From positions 17,794,001 through 17,858,000 of the forward strand of contig CM074511.1 of NCBI GenBank assembly GCA_037379345.1: DNA of 64,000 nucleotides, read 5' to 3'. The stretch is from Perna viridis. Taxonomy: Eukaryota. Both the position numbers and the translations under genes were made by a program. Under the pieces are notes generated by a model. It had not been told where the DNA came from and searched no databases. It was given only the letters and a program-made list of their open reading frames with translations. Position 1 is the stretch's first letter, and every line of letters starts with the position of its first letter. Below, one piece after another: positions 20,511 through 34,735 of this stretch.

Positions 20511-23500
20511 ACAACAAAGCTCCACCAAAAGGAAGGTTGGGTTCGACTGGCTTGGGAGGTAGTGACTGGAACCGTTAAAGGAATAAGGAGGCAAAAGGGT
20601 CGTGTCAAGCTACGTAATATTTTATTGTCTTTATATCAGTTGAAACTAAGATTTTTTTTTCAAAATGTGCATGTTAATGAAGATATATTTTATCACAATG
20701 AATCAGTCTGGAAGCGGATGCAGGTGAAGAGTGCATATTACTTAGCACAATAATTAAAAATAGCACCTGCATTGCTGTTTTCTCGTTTGTGTTCGAGTTT
20801 CTTCTCTTTCTCGGCAAACAATGTAAAAAATAAGCCAACATTACTGTAAAATTATTTCTGTTCAAATTTCTTTTATATCAAATTTCTTCGTCAATTGGTT
20901 CTGCAGACGGTTATGACACCACATTATCTTCTGCTAAACCAATTTCCGCAATTTTTTGTGATATGACAACTCTGTCACTCTGTGTTTTATATTGCCCGAT
21001 ACGTAATACAAACACCAACTGTTTGCTTTGGCAAAACAAGTCAGTTCTATGTGATAATTCGACTATTTCCCAGAGTAGAAACGTTTTTTAACAATAACAA
21101 CCAGTGTGTTCCTCTTGTTAGCGTTTCTTGTTAACCGACAGATTCATTTTCCTTATTTTGTTTGACACTGCTAGAATGCAATGAACGCATTTTCAGAACC
21201 GCTTTTTGTGGATCTATTTCCGCTTCCGGCCTTGGCCTGTCTTAATTTTTTATAGTAATTGAAACTTGCACTCACGTTGATTTTCTGCTTACAGGAAAGA
21301 TGTAATTATTTTATGTGATGTTGGATTTAGTTTGGCGGGAAAATTCAGGATTTTAGCGATCAGTTTTGAAGTTTGCCTTTAATATTTGAAGATTGTCACC
21401 TTGATATGTCGTTCATCTCATAAATCTGTTGAACACAAGTGCACAGTAATGCTATTCATGTGCAGAACATCAGGGTTTCTGGCCTTAGTGTCAGATGTTC
21501 GTGCTTCCCTTACTTTCCATCAGATTACTAAGGTTTGATATTAAATGTTTCTTGTAAATGAGTCACGTCTATAGTTGGTTTGATGAACACCTGAATGATA
21601 TTGTTGTGATTATTTTAGAAGAAATCACACGTGTATTTTTCATTATCTTTTCAGTGAAGACGAATTTTTGGTGATTGAAGCTATTATAAATTCTAGAGAA
21701 AAAGAATAATGCTAATTTAATTCGTATGTCTATACACCCCATTCAAGTTGAAAGAGATGGTTTATTTTGCCAGGTGTGCCAAGTTGTTTCTCCACGATTC
21801 TTCTTTTCTACATCAATGGAAGTGCATACAAATGTAAAAGTTGATAAAACTTGAGTATTTCTTTCTTAAAATCACCGTATGATTTCATGATCGCAAATTC
21901 AACGTATTAACCATGTGTCATGTTTTTTTTTTATGAATTCCAGACTTTTTCATACCGATTTAATATTTTCTTAGTTTTTTGATAGTTTGCTTGATCTTAA
22001 TAAAAATGTTGGCGTTTTAATTTCGTTTCTTTTATTTTGTTTAGTTGTTTGTTTTGTTTTGTTTTGTTTTGTTTTGGGTTTTTGATTTTGATTTTTTTTT
22101 TTTGTTCTCGTGCATTTTTCTTATGAATTACAGTGAATTTAGTTGTAACAAATGTTATGTACTTGTGTTGAAGGTTGGAGGATCTTTAGAACACAGCCTA
22201 CCTTCCTTTTTTACATTATTCACATTTTACTTGCATGTTTCTTACAAAAATTCCTGTTTAAATATAACACAATGGGTGCACCCGCAATACATAATTATAC
22301 AGGATGAGTATTCTGTACTTTTAAAATTCGGTGTCACTAACCAATTAGAGCATTCTCAAACACGAGCTAACACATGTTCCAATCCATCAATAAAGATTGT
22401 AGTCTATAAAAAAAGGTCTCAAGTCAATTCCAAAACTGAAAACGACTTCGACCCTCGCGACTTCTATTGAGAAGAAGTAGAGATTATTTTCTTAACTTAT
22501 GGAAAGTACGTTAATGGATACGGAAAGCTCAATTGTTGGAAGTTTTGAAATAAATCTAAAATTTAAATAAATGCGTAATAAAACAATATGCAATATATTT
22601 CAAAAGGTTTACACAGGTGTTCGAAGGCATGTTTAAAGGTGTGAAGTAGGCTCTCGTCTTTGTCATCAAGAGGTGTTAGATATGGTCAAAGTATTCCAAC
22701 TGTGGATTAAAATTTAAATGTAATACCTCTTCACATTGTTACATTAAAGAAATAAGTTCTGTAGTAATCATTCAGGCCTAGAACTTATACCTATTGTATT
22801 CCAAGTAGTTTGTGATGGAATGTCTAACAAACGTCTTAAAAATGTTATACCTCGAGTTCACAAGAAATTAAATTGTTTCCCTCTGAATTTGGCTATCCAT
22901 CAATTCCATAGAATTGTGAGACCAAGGGTTGTGTTTTACAATAAATGATTGCAAGCTGCCGAATCTCTGATATATTTGCTTATATTCTTGATATCTAATT
23001 TTTCTCTCTCCCTCTACAAACGAATTGTAAGGATACCAAACTTTATTGATAAAGATAGCAAGAGAAGGATGGTCTGGGATATAACAGATACCTGAACCCA
23101 TCCGCAAAATTTAAGAATGTTCTCAGACTAGCATTTTTTTTAAATTGTGAATGCATTAAGACCGGGTGCAACGTCATTTCCTGTTTATACACCTCTGTTG
23201 TTTGCTTATTTTGATCCCCGTATCAATCGTAACTTTAGCGTTTTGTAAGCTTGTCATCATCATATTATCATTTTCTTCTCTGGATATGTAAATACTGTAT
23301 CTCCCTCTCACTTGGCTTCTCATCTTCTTTTCACGTCACTTTTATTCTTATTTGATTTTCGTCTTACTGTAGCATTGATCTTCTATTCATGGGCAAATTC
23401 ACAAGACTTCAACTCTTGAACATGGCGAATTAAATTGTCATGATGTTCAACATCAGTGCGTTATAATTACATAATGCATATCAAATACCGTTTTGCATGA

Positions 23501-24453
23501 TATTGACTTTAATTTCTTTTGTTATGGACCACACAAAATGGACATGAAAGACTTTTTAAATAAAAAATAATCCTTTCCCTACAAGATGATATTGAAATTG
23601 ATATATTTGAAATATGCAGCGACTGTAAATGTTTGAGTGTCTGATCTTATTAAGTTTACATATGTTCTAAAATATTCAAACAATGAATTCGAATGTACAG
23701 TGGTTATACTCCTTTGCTTGCTTGTTATGACCTCTCATTGGCTAAGAATTATGTGATACTCTCAGTTGACATGTGTTTGTTCGTCCGTCTTTCCGTTCAA
23801 ATTCAATTTACAGCATAATAACTTTCTTTGTTTTAATGTTATGTTGGTTTGGTCATTTTTAAAATAAATGCAGATTTGGTTTTCAGCAGTTTCATTTTAG
23901 ATCTCCGTTTGTTGGTCTTTAAACCTTGGTCAAAATTTTCATATGTATAGTTCAGACACTATATACAATATAACACTGATCAAGTATACTCTCAGTTATG
24001 CTTTTGTTAGCCTTTGAACCCCATTTTTTATTTTCGATATGCATAATAAAGAACAAAAAATATTGTCTTAAAGCCTTGTACGGTACCATTAGGTGTCATA
24101 ATTTTATTGAAGCGAATTTAATTTTGAAATTTCCTGTCATAGTCTATTGATCACTTTACTTTCTCCGTAATCCCGGAGTGCTTGATGTGTCTCCCCTGTC
24201 GTGATAGGGTATTCACGTTTAAAGCAATTCACAGAAGGAGCTTGATGCATAGAGAAAACGAGATACAAAACATCAGAACAACATATAAAACCCAAACGTG
24301 AAAACTAAATCTATATGACAATGTAGACTACAAATGTTCAAAAAAGAAGAGACGTAAAATTTTAAATGACTTGTTCTTAGTGGGTAAAATGTTATAAATT
24401 ATCCATTCCATATTTTTTTATTAATGGACTGGTCTATACGTTGACTGGGCACA

Positions 24454-24601
24454 NNNNNNNNNNNNNNNNNNNNNNNNNNNNNNNNNNNNNNNNNNNNNNN
24501 NNNNNNNNNNNNNNNNNNNNNNNNNNNNNNNNNNNNNNNNNNNNNNNNNNNNNNNNNNNNNNNNNNNNNNNNNNNNNNNNNNNNNNNNNNNNNNNNNNNN
24601 N
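24454..24601. other. Assembly gap (148 N)
   Basis: Run of N. Confidence 1.
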
Positions 24602-27600
24602 TGTTTTAATATACACTGAATAAATATAATGTTCTGTATAATAAGGAAAAGAAAACATCCAAACCTATAATTTTTTAACTTTTTTCATTAAACATCTTTC
24701 ATTTTCTTGTAAAAAAAAAGTCGGATATGCCCCTAAGTTGGATACCTTTCAGTCGGTTGCCTTTAGTGCTCAACATATATATTTGCAGAATTATGCTGTA
24801 TCTAAATATTGCAATGTACATTGTATGTGTAGATACTGATTTTACATACTATGTCATTGATATTGCAAGAAAGACGACTATTCAAAGAATTCATAAATCT
24901 CCTGTCAAAAGGATTTGTTAACTACCAGTAAACAAGAAAAAGGTGTATCTTAGAAGATTGACCATATTAGCACGGTGCTGAGAAATAGATACAAACGACT
25001 TGCACCTGTTTCCTCATTTTTCAAAATATTCATTCTGTAGCAATGAAATGAGGTATATAAAATAGTCCATGAGAATTTCCCTCTTCAAATTTTAAAAGCA
25101 CTTGACATATGTACCGACCAAATTGGTTTTTTTCAAACGACTACAAAAAGGTGTAAAGAAACATTTCAAAAAATCGTTTTAACCACGTACATCAAAGTTG
25201 TGAAATATGGCCGATATTGAAATTACTGCAAGTGCAAATAATCTCTTTTGAGCCTTTGTTTACCCTCCTGAATACGTGGATATTGCCCTATTATGCAAGT
25301 TTATATGAAGCGGATTACAAATAAATTCTTCAAGGAAGGATAAAATAGAAAAATAATGTCTTGAATTGTCATAGTTGTTGACAGAAACACTTCTCAATTT
25401 ATTTCATTATATTTGAACTAATTTGTCTATATACAGGAGCTGTCACTGTAAGACAGTTAATTAACCCTGCTTCGTTTGAGTAAAACGAGATGAGGACACT
25501 TTAATATTTCCACTTTTAACTTGATAGATACAGGAAACACACACACACACTAGACCTACAATAAAAATAATGACATTAAAGAAATCCAAGCCAACAGATG
25601 TCTATGCCGAAAAGAGAAGCCAAGCTAAGACATTTACACTAGCAATTGTTATTCCACTTGTAGGGTGTTGTGGTAATTTAGAATGTCTAGCTATACGGAT
25701 AAGATAGTTCGAAGTTCGATAGTTGTAAAAACAAGCAATCCTTTTTGTTCTCGATAATCAATATATCAGCTGACCCTGATTAAAAATCGCAAAGGGAACT
25801 AGTGTCTGCGTCGATATTTATAAAACATGGTATTGTGCATTTTAATAAATAGTCATATAAACGGGCAAACACCGAAATCCAAGGAAGGGGGGTGGGGGGG
25901 GGGTGGTCGGAACCATCCGTGCCTCAAGTGCCTGTAACCCAGTTCTTCAAACAGTAGATGTACTTGAATACTGTTAGTTTGTTCTTTATTATATTTATTG
26001 TAAAGTGTTGCTTTTATATTCATTTTTTAAACAAATGGAAAAGTACGCAGTTGATGCTGTTTAGTCTTTTCGCGAAGCATTCAGATAATGTACCCTAGGA
26101 TAACTAAGTGGTCTAGATCGGCGGTCTAGTAAAAGATTTGAAATTGTCATACATGGTGTCGTATTATCTTTGCCGACTGTAATACTACTATGGATAAAAT
26201 TCTAAGTTGTCATGGCAAATCTAGTTACTTTCTCTATACTTAACATAGATCATAATATGATACTGAAAAGGATTTATTCAAACTAAAACTAAAAAGTATG
26301 TTGGAGAAAACAGGTTATACAGATGATTTTCTTTTGTCCCTCATTTATACAAATTGTATACAAAATGTACCTAGTTTGTATTTGTTTAAGACATTTCATA
26401 TTTCAAGTACTTTTAAACACGTTCCACATTAACAAAAATAGACACTGTCATTGTTTGGCGGCCAAGGAACTTTTGACCCTTTTCGGAAAACTCTTGAGAA
26501 GAATATTCACAGTTGGACAAAAGGGTTACTTCGAATTGGTCATTTTTCCTTTGTTATTCGGGACCACTCAAATTATTCGTATTTGCGTTTTTGATTAATG
26601 GGTGAAAACTCAATTCTTCAAAAACAAATATTTACAGAAAGTTTGGAAGGGATCTTTAGTCAAGAAAAACGCCGTATTCAAAAATTTAAACGATACATCA
26701 AAAAGGAACAAACCTGTTTACTTTATGTTCGCATATTTGCTTGTCCAGTAATGCTGAATCACGCCTTTTTACTGTCCACTCTCAATGGTCTATTAGGAAT
26801 TTTTCGTCTGTAGGTTACCAAAGCTAAAGCCTTTTAAAGATTTTCAGCTAGAAAAGACCATAAACTGTCTTTAAAAATCTAAAACAGTGTTTCAAATTAG
26901 AATGAAAACCTAATATAAGGATAAACTTATATTATATTATAGTCAAACAAAAATATAATACACGTTTTTCATAAATCGATGTATTTTAGATGACATTATT
27001 CAAAACTCGATTTTTAATCGAAGACATATATACTTTAATTTTTGTTATCGCACGTCATGTGATCCATAAGCTAAAGAGACATGCAAGTAGGATTGGTATT
27101 TCTTGACATGCTTTGCATGTACAATACATAGGGTTGAATGCATCTGTACCATGATTTGCAAGTTTGTTGAAAGTATCCAAAAACGCACGTGATACCTTGT
27201 TTCAGACATTGCTATTCAAAGTTCAAAAGCTTTGTTTGATTTGAACTTTTACTAGTGAACAATGCCTTGTAATATCTGCATATCATATTAAGAAAAATTT
27301 TACAAGCTTAAAATTTCCAACTTTTTTTCAAATTACAAGAAAGATCTTTTGATCTTTCTGTGCTATCTAAAGAAATGTACAGGTCTAGATTGACACGTCG
27401 CCTCATTAAAAGAACAAGAAAAGTTTGTTAAAGCACGTTTTATTAAAATTAATGATATCCATTTTAATACATGAAGGTGTAATATTTGTTTGCGGGAGTT
27501 ATGACCTGTGGAGAGAGGTGCCAAATTGATGATTGGACAAGTTGTTTGCGTATCAGTTCTCTATTGATTTTCAGATAAGAAGTATTGAAATCTGACAAAT

Positions 27601-28185
27601 TACCTGGATCTTGACACGTTTTCTGTCTAACTGGAGATTTAAGGGGGATGTATTTTACATGTGAGGTCACCTGTTTTGCACTTCGACGCTTATCAACGAC
27701 GGATTTAAAGCCTTATAGAAACTATTTCATCTTTTATAGTGTTGGCACTTCAACTGTTTTCCTTTTCAAACTTGGTGTACTTACTAAAGGAAGGGATTAC
27801 GACAAACAAGTGGTCCTGTATTTCATTTGTAACTGCAAAGGGTTTTCTTTCATTTGTTTATGATCTCAATGGAATTTGTTTTATTATCGTCATCAATTAA
27901 GAATATTATTTTCATGTTCCTGCCTATAAATGTAAAATATTAATTTACATACATTTGTTACGTATTATCAATTTGTCATATTATTCTTTCTCTCATAACT
28001 GGCGACACTGGCGTTACAGAAAAATGCTAAAATAATTTTTTTCACTCTCCCGAACAGTCAAAATGCTTGATATTTGCTCCATAGAGAAATCATTGATATC
28101 ATACAAAACTGAAATTATGCCTTATCTTCAATTTGATAAGTTTTCTTTTTATAGCTAGAAGTGATGATGACAAATTCCACATGTA

Positions 28186-28357
28186 CAGTGGCGGCCTTAT
28201 AAGGTTTTAAAAAGTGGTCCGATACAGAGATTTTAAAAAGGAAGTTCTATGCTATCATTTGCTCATTTTTGTCCAACTTTTACACACAATTAATGAAGTT
28301 TTTCAACAAAAGGGGAGGGTTTAAGCACTCAGGAACTTTCTCCTGGATCCGACACTG
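28186..28357. mobile_element. MITE related to 17704-17857
   Basis: CAGTGGCGG...GGATCCGACACTG ends. Confidence 0.55.
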
Positions 28358-30459
28358 ATATTTGCATCTCTGTAAAGATTTTTGTGTTGGTGTGATATAG
28401 CTTGCTCAGAATTAAAAGTACAAGTGTAATGTGTTTGAAACAGTATTGCGATTTTTTTGTTGTTGTAAAAACACCAAAATAATTACATAACATTGATATC
28501 AAAAAGGTTAGATTTTGGCATGGTTAACTTAAATGAGATGGTTTATTGTTACATTCATGCATGTCTTTATCCATTATTTTGGGATATCTTTCACCTCTGA
28601 ATTCTTGCATGTGTGACTTTTGGTAGATACCGGATTTTAGTTTCCAGAGCAGCTGTAGGTTTTGAATGCAACATTTCACTAATATACCTGGAGTGAAAGT
28701 ATTTGCTAGAGGTGATTTAAAACGTTTCAATTTTTCACCAGAGACATATTTATCGGAATTCAGGCGACTCGATATGAAATGCTGTCTTTTGGACTTAGCT
28801 GTTCTATGAAGATTGTAAATATTGTAATAAAATTCATAGTGTAAAAATAAACTAATCAGATTGAAAATAAAATACTACCCAAATCTCCAGAAAAGTTACT
28901 ATAAATGCAAAAGTTACGTCTTAAAAAAACAAAGAGTCAAAACATGACCCATTTCCATTGTTTTCGTGATGATGAATAAATCTGGTTCTATATAAATTGT
29001 TTTTTTGTTTTGAATTTGAAATGTTCACACCATTATATTTTGTTTGCAGAGTCATCAATTGAACATAAGTTTATTTAGTTTAATGCCAATACATGCAACG
29101 CCAATTTATTTATATGCAATAAAGGTGCTAATAAAAATTCTTTATTGGATATATGTAGCTAAGAAAAAATGTTTCGACTGCATATGGAGATTGCTACTGT
29201 GGAAAAGTATTGACTATATATAGTCACTACAAATACTGTGTAAAAACCACGATAAAACGTTCTAAAGGTAACAAGGGCTTATATTTACAGCCTTCCCAAG
29301 ATGCATGGAGTAGCCAAGTTACTGTATCATGATTCGGGACCATCGTTCTTTTTTTTCGTTCTAGTAGTTCAACTATCGAAAATATTCCTTATTTCCCGAT
29401 AAAAGTAATAACGATTTATAGTAAGACTTGTTTTCTACTCTCATTTATTACCACATAGACTCCTATATCAGGGTTGTGTATGGGTAGTGGCATGGAAACA
29501 AATGTTCTAAGTATTCGTTATAAAATATTGCTGGTTTTCAAACATTTTACTGTCTGGCATTTGTTCACTTAACAAAAAAATAACCAAATTAAATACTGAA
29601 CAACCACGAAGCACGCAAGGTTATAGCCATCCGTAAAGTATGAAGAACAATTTTCAGAAACCATATATAGGACCACATAACACTAGGTATCCTTTATTCA
29701 AGACAACATTTTTGTTTAACTTTTTGTTAATTTATCAGTTTGTTAACCGGAGATTGTTTAATAAGCTGGTTACATTAGTTTGCTTGAACTTCTATACTCA
29801 AAATGGAAAAAATAGAAATCATGGTACATGGGATTTTAACTGAATCTTTCAATTATCAAAATTAGAACATTCGTTTTGCTTATAAATTTATCGTCTTCAT
29901 GTTGTTTTATTTTATTATTTTTTGTTGTTTTGTTTGTTTGTTTGTATTTGTTTTTTAACTGACATAGCAGTTGCCCGAGCCGAGAGATTTGTTTAATTCG
30001 TTACATATAGCATCCTACGCGAAAAATACTTCTATCGAGTGTCGACTTTCACAAGTTTGGGTCACCGAAGTCCTTGAGATTAATGCAAAATTTTATTCTA
30101 ACTTTCAAACAAGAAATGTGTATAGTTAAGTTCGTGTTGTGAGACTTTTTTCAAATATGTGCATGTGCATTTGCGGATTAATACGCATTCTGATATAATC
30201 GGAACCTCGGTTTCCTTTATTCGGATCTGACTTCTAATCGCAGTGATAATTTCAAATGGACTTCATTACCCGAGTGTAATGAAATGAATGCTTAGGCAAT
30301 CGACGACACTACTGACTAGTCGATTGTTGTTTCTAACTGGTACCTTACAACCATTTTGCTTACTTCTATTTATTTTTCGAATGATGTTATGAAACTGAAG
30401 CATAAGTTTCTCGATCGATATTAGTTGACACAGTACATGAGTACTGATTGTCACTTCCT

Positions 30460-30822
30460 TGATATTCATCATCATGAGCTCGTGGATCGTTACGGTGTAT
30501 CCATCTACACCATGAGAACTGATTTATTCAACGTGTCATTGTTTTCCTTTCCTCTTTCGTCTACCCCGGACTCAACTTTTTATGAGCAAATCGGTGGATG
30601 TTTCTAGATAAGCTGAGGACGCTAACCTTATGGGTGCACCAGATCCATGGTCCCTGTTTTAGTGGAGTTCGAGTTGCCCATTTACTTTTGTTTGTTGTTT
30701 GTATTATTTTGGGTATCCTATGTTCTTTGTTGTGTGTATCTATTTACCCTGTCTGGTCTTTGTACCTGGATTGCGTTGTTTTGATTCTCGCTAGAATCTT
30801 GGTTTTCTTGATTACTCTTTTA
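30460..30822 (+). mobile_element. 3' fragment of a retroelement (RT C-terminal remnant plus 3' region), possibly Penelope-like
   Basis: Translates to HHHELVDRYGVSIYTMRTDLF, resembling the C-terminus of abundant bivalve RT repeats (recalled, not searched). The downstream part is repeated at 32212-32438. Confidence 0.5.
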
Positions 30823-32211
30823 ACTTAAATTTACTTTACTTTGATTGTCATTCAAACTTGATAATTTAAACTAAATGTAAGGTCGCAATATCAGTTTTTT
30901 TGCTTAAAAAAACAGCCAATTGAAAATTAATTAATTGCATAAAAAATATTAAAAGAAACAATATCATGTTATGGATATAATAATGGTAACTAATTTAAAC
31001 TTGTGCATAATAGATATTATATTTTAAAAAATACATATCTGAAAGTGCCACATTGCCCCGTACAAATTGTAAGTATAGCCACCATAAAATCATCAACAAA
31101 ATTTTGAAATATATCTCGGAGTTATGGGATAGACACGTGATTTTTTTAAAGCGTCAAATCATCAGCTATACAATTCAAGAATCAGATATTGGTACCTTCA
31201 GAAAAGGGAGGGTGTTTTGCGACAATGTCATGCGAATTAAGACCTAAAACAAAATAACCGATTAGATTTAATGGTTGGACACAAAATCATTTTCTTTGAA
31301 AATCGGTGAAAACTTATATCTTTGGTAGGTAGCAGGAAATGTTGGCTAAAGTAGTGAATCCTGGTAGTTCGTCATTTTTTTTCAATTATTTTTTATTTGT
31401 GATACCATTCCATCTGATACATTTGCATGGAGTATAAATTACATGTATATTGTTCATTCAATTAATTGTGCATGTGTTACAATTAATCTTGCAGGTCATT
31501 TTGCGGCATGGAGTATCCAGTGAGCAATATACTAACTACCTGTAAGTAATTTCATAAGAATGAAAAAGAAATCACCCAAACGAAACCTGGCTGTTTGGGG
31601 CGATTGCTGAAGAAAATACCCGATGCATAGTTTTGCATTTAAACAGAAACGCGTGCAAAGTTGTATGTCTACTCCCATTGCTCTTAAACAAATAAAAATC
31701 GATCAAAGATAAAACAACAAAAGCAAAACTACAATACAGTTACATGTGTGTACATAAATATTTTTTTATAAACATAAATATATTGTTTTACCCTCGTCCG
31801 TCCTGTACGCAGTTTCTCACAGTAAATAAAAAAAAACGCCTGCACAAATTAAATTGAATTTGAGACCTTGTGTATATCTATAGTGAGAAACTCACTTTGA
31901 TTTTTTGAAAAGTAATTTTTTATTTTCGATTTGTTGAAATTAAATCATAGAAAAAGATTCATGTGTTCGCACAATAACTCAAAAATACGTCATCATTTAT
32001 AATGCGACTTTGTATACATCCATTGTGGAAAGCTCCCTTTAATTTGACAAGTTCCAATGTTTTTAAATTGCGGAAAATCTATAAAATATCATAGATCATT
32101 TATATGTGCTGTCGACAGTTATGAAAAATAGAAAATTACAGAACGAAAGATACATTTATTTGTTTTATAGATTCAAATAATGCATTCGATAATGTGAATC
32201 GGGACATGCTT

Positions 32212-32438
32212 TGAGTGTTCCTAGAAAAGCAGAAGATGCTTACCATACGAATGCACAAGGTCTATGCTCCCAGTTTTTAGTCGAGTTCGAGTTGCTCATT
32301 TACTTTTGTTTCTTTGTACGTATTATTTTGAATATTTATGTTCTTTGTTGTGTGTATCTGTTTTCCTTGTCTGGCCTTTGTCACTGGGTTGCCTTGTCTT
32401 TATTTCCGCTATAATCTTGGTTCTCTTGATTATTTCTT
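32212..32438 (+). repeat. Second, shorter copy of the 30460-30822 repeat
   Basis: Shares GAGTTCGAGTTGC.CATTTACTTTTG, TATGTTCTTTGTTGTGTGTATCT and AATCTTGGTT.TCTTGATTA. Confidence 0.75.
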
Positions 32439-34650
32439 GCCACTTACTGTTGCAAACTGGAAAAAGGGAGCCTTTTCTGTATGCTATTAGTCTTTATATG
32501 ACGCCTCACAAAATGGTGTAAAGTCGGGACAACCAATCACTCATTTATATCTTAAAAATCTTTCAATTCATTAACGTGACAGATATCTTTCCAGTTAAAT
32601 ATGGTGTCAGTGTTACCTACACTATATATACATTAATGACGTGGAAGATGGGATGATATACGCGCTTAATTAATGCTGGTGTTAGTTAAACTTGATGAAC
32701 TTTATTTGTGTTTGTAAGAATCAGGCAAAATGGGAAAAATCAGAAACATGCATGTTAAACCCCACCGATCTGACTTCGTAATGTCACTCACGGATATTTT
32801 CTCAATTTGAAAAGACCATTATTTGATCTCTGCATCACTGGCTTTGCGCAGAAATTTTTAAATGATATTTTTGGCAGAGTCATCTGCCCTTGAAATGTTC
32901 ATTTTCAGTGCATTTCAATGAAATTGTAACTTAATGGTCCAGCATGATATGGAAAATCTGTCTGTTTTCCCTGCTGGTTCTGATGTTGCAAATAGTCAAA
33001 TTACACTATCAAAATGATGTTTTTATATTCATACTATGTTTCACTCACTGCCCGATTCTTACAGAGATTCACATTTGATATATAAATGCCGACGACGTAG
33101 CTCGCATAGCACCCGATGAAGAAAATCTATCCCAAAAATGTTGAAATTCAAGATAAAAACAAAATTGTTCATTTCTGAAGTAAGAACAATTCTAGATCTA
33201 ATTTTGAATTTACATGTGGACAAATATCTGTTGTTTAATGTGTAACCCGGACTCTACTAAGGCGCTGGTCTATGGGATCATACTTACTGACTGCCCAAAC
33301 AACGCTGTCATGTTGCCATCCAAGGAGATATGGGGTGTACTAGCACAAAGACATCTCAAACAATAGAAACAGTACGACTCTTTGGGAGAACGCGATAAAC
33401 TAGATACAAAATTCACATCTGGAGTTAGAACATACCAAGGTCATGGAACAAAAAAATGTATTGAAAAAAAGCTAATAGTCTTAACATTATATGCACTAAT
33501 AAATTCAAATCGACATAAATAACAAAGAATAAAAGATAAACTGTGTTAAATAGAAATGTAGAGTTGGTGAGTAATTTGTTTAACGATCGGAATTAAGCTT
33601 CGAATCTACAGAAAATATAATCAAAGTACTCATGTACTGAATCAATTTATATCGATCGTTTCAATTTTTACGCCTCAAATAATCGTCACATTGCAACAAT
33701 ATGGTATAAAAGAGAAGAATGGGTATCAATTCGGTATTTTTGTAAATGGTCAACATTGAACTCTGATTTATTTTTAAATTCGCCATTCTGAAAACGAAGG
33801 ATATTAAAGCACACACACCAAAATTCATGATATATCGTAGCAGTGCGCCACTTTGCGCAATATTCAGACTAGATGTCGGTTTACATACAGCACAGCCTAG
33901 ATCAATGAACACAAAACTCCGACATACCGTATAATTGAACAAACTCCTAGTTGGCCTTTCCCAGTTTCTATTTTTTTCTACCGAGGCGGTAACTATAACT
34001 CTGGGATGGCTTTGGGGGTTATGCTACCATTTTTTGTTAAAAATTTGGCAAAAACATGAGCGGCAAATAATAGCCAGGAATCCTTTCCTTTATATAAGTT
34101 TCTTGATCGGAACCACTGGCCCCTTTTTGTAAATATTGGATCTGCCAGGGCCTGCATGAACTATCTTCCAACTGGTACTAAGAATTCCTATTTATTTTTC
34201 ATTTCTATGATTGATGACTATTTATAATCTCGCGGTGTTTTCATTTCTAGCTTAACATCGAATGGATTAAAATGTGTCTAAAAATGAATAGGCAACTTGA
34301 GTATATCGACAGTGAACGATTGGTCTATTCGGGTAAACAGGTACCGATAAGAGGTTAGAGGTCAACTATGTTTTAACTGGAACGTTGTTAATAACGTTAT
34401 TGTTATTTATTGGTGTAAATTAAATTTGATATATTAGAGATACCTATAAAGGGGCCTAACTTTCTGCATTTGTCCATTAATGGTGTGTGTGCCAATGGGA
34501 CTATTTTCCTGCGGTAGTGTTAGATAATTGCAGATGCTGTCAGGTTTTACAGATCTGAAGGCTCTTGTGACTGCTATAACAATTCGGATATTCGATCTAA
34601 ATTGATAAAAACCGTTGAACTATATTAGTTTATAGAGACCATTAATCGAA

Positions 34651-34735
34651 GGAAAATGTTTATTTTATAATCAGAATGCTATTGAAGATGAAATTCATTT
34701 TTTATTAGATTGTGACTTTTATTCAGATTTATGTA
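34651..34735 (+). mobile_element. Decayed LINE ORF2 C-terminal zinc-finger remnant
   Basis: Translates to KCLFYNQNAIEDEIHFLLDCDFYSDL, matching the C..C..EDE.HF...C..Y..L motif of non-LTR elements. Confidence 0.55.

Noticed and set aside
20600-23600. Possible decayed coding sequence on the minus strand (ORF 22868-23107, CPFC...LIRHV-like fragments)
   Set aside because: Many stops, no consistent frame or splice pattern, and no recognisable domain. It needs tblastx to assess.
24434-24658. ORFs spanning the N run
   Set aside because: Artefacts of the assembly gap.
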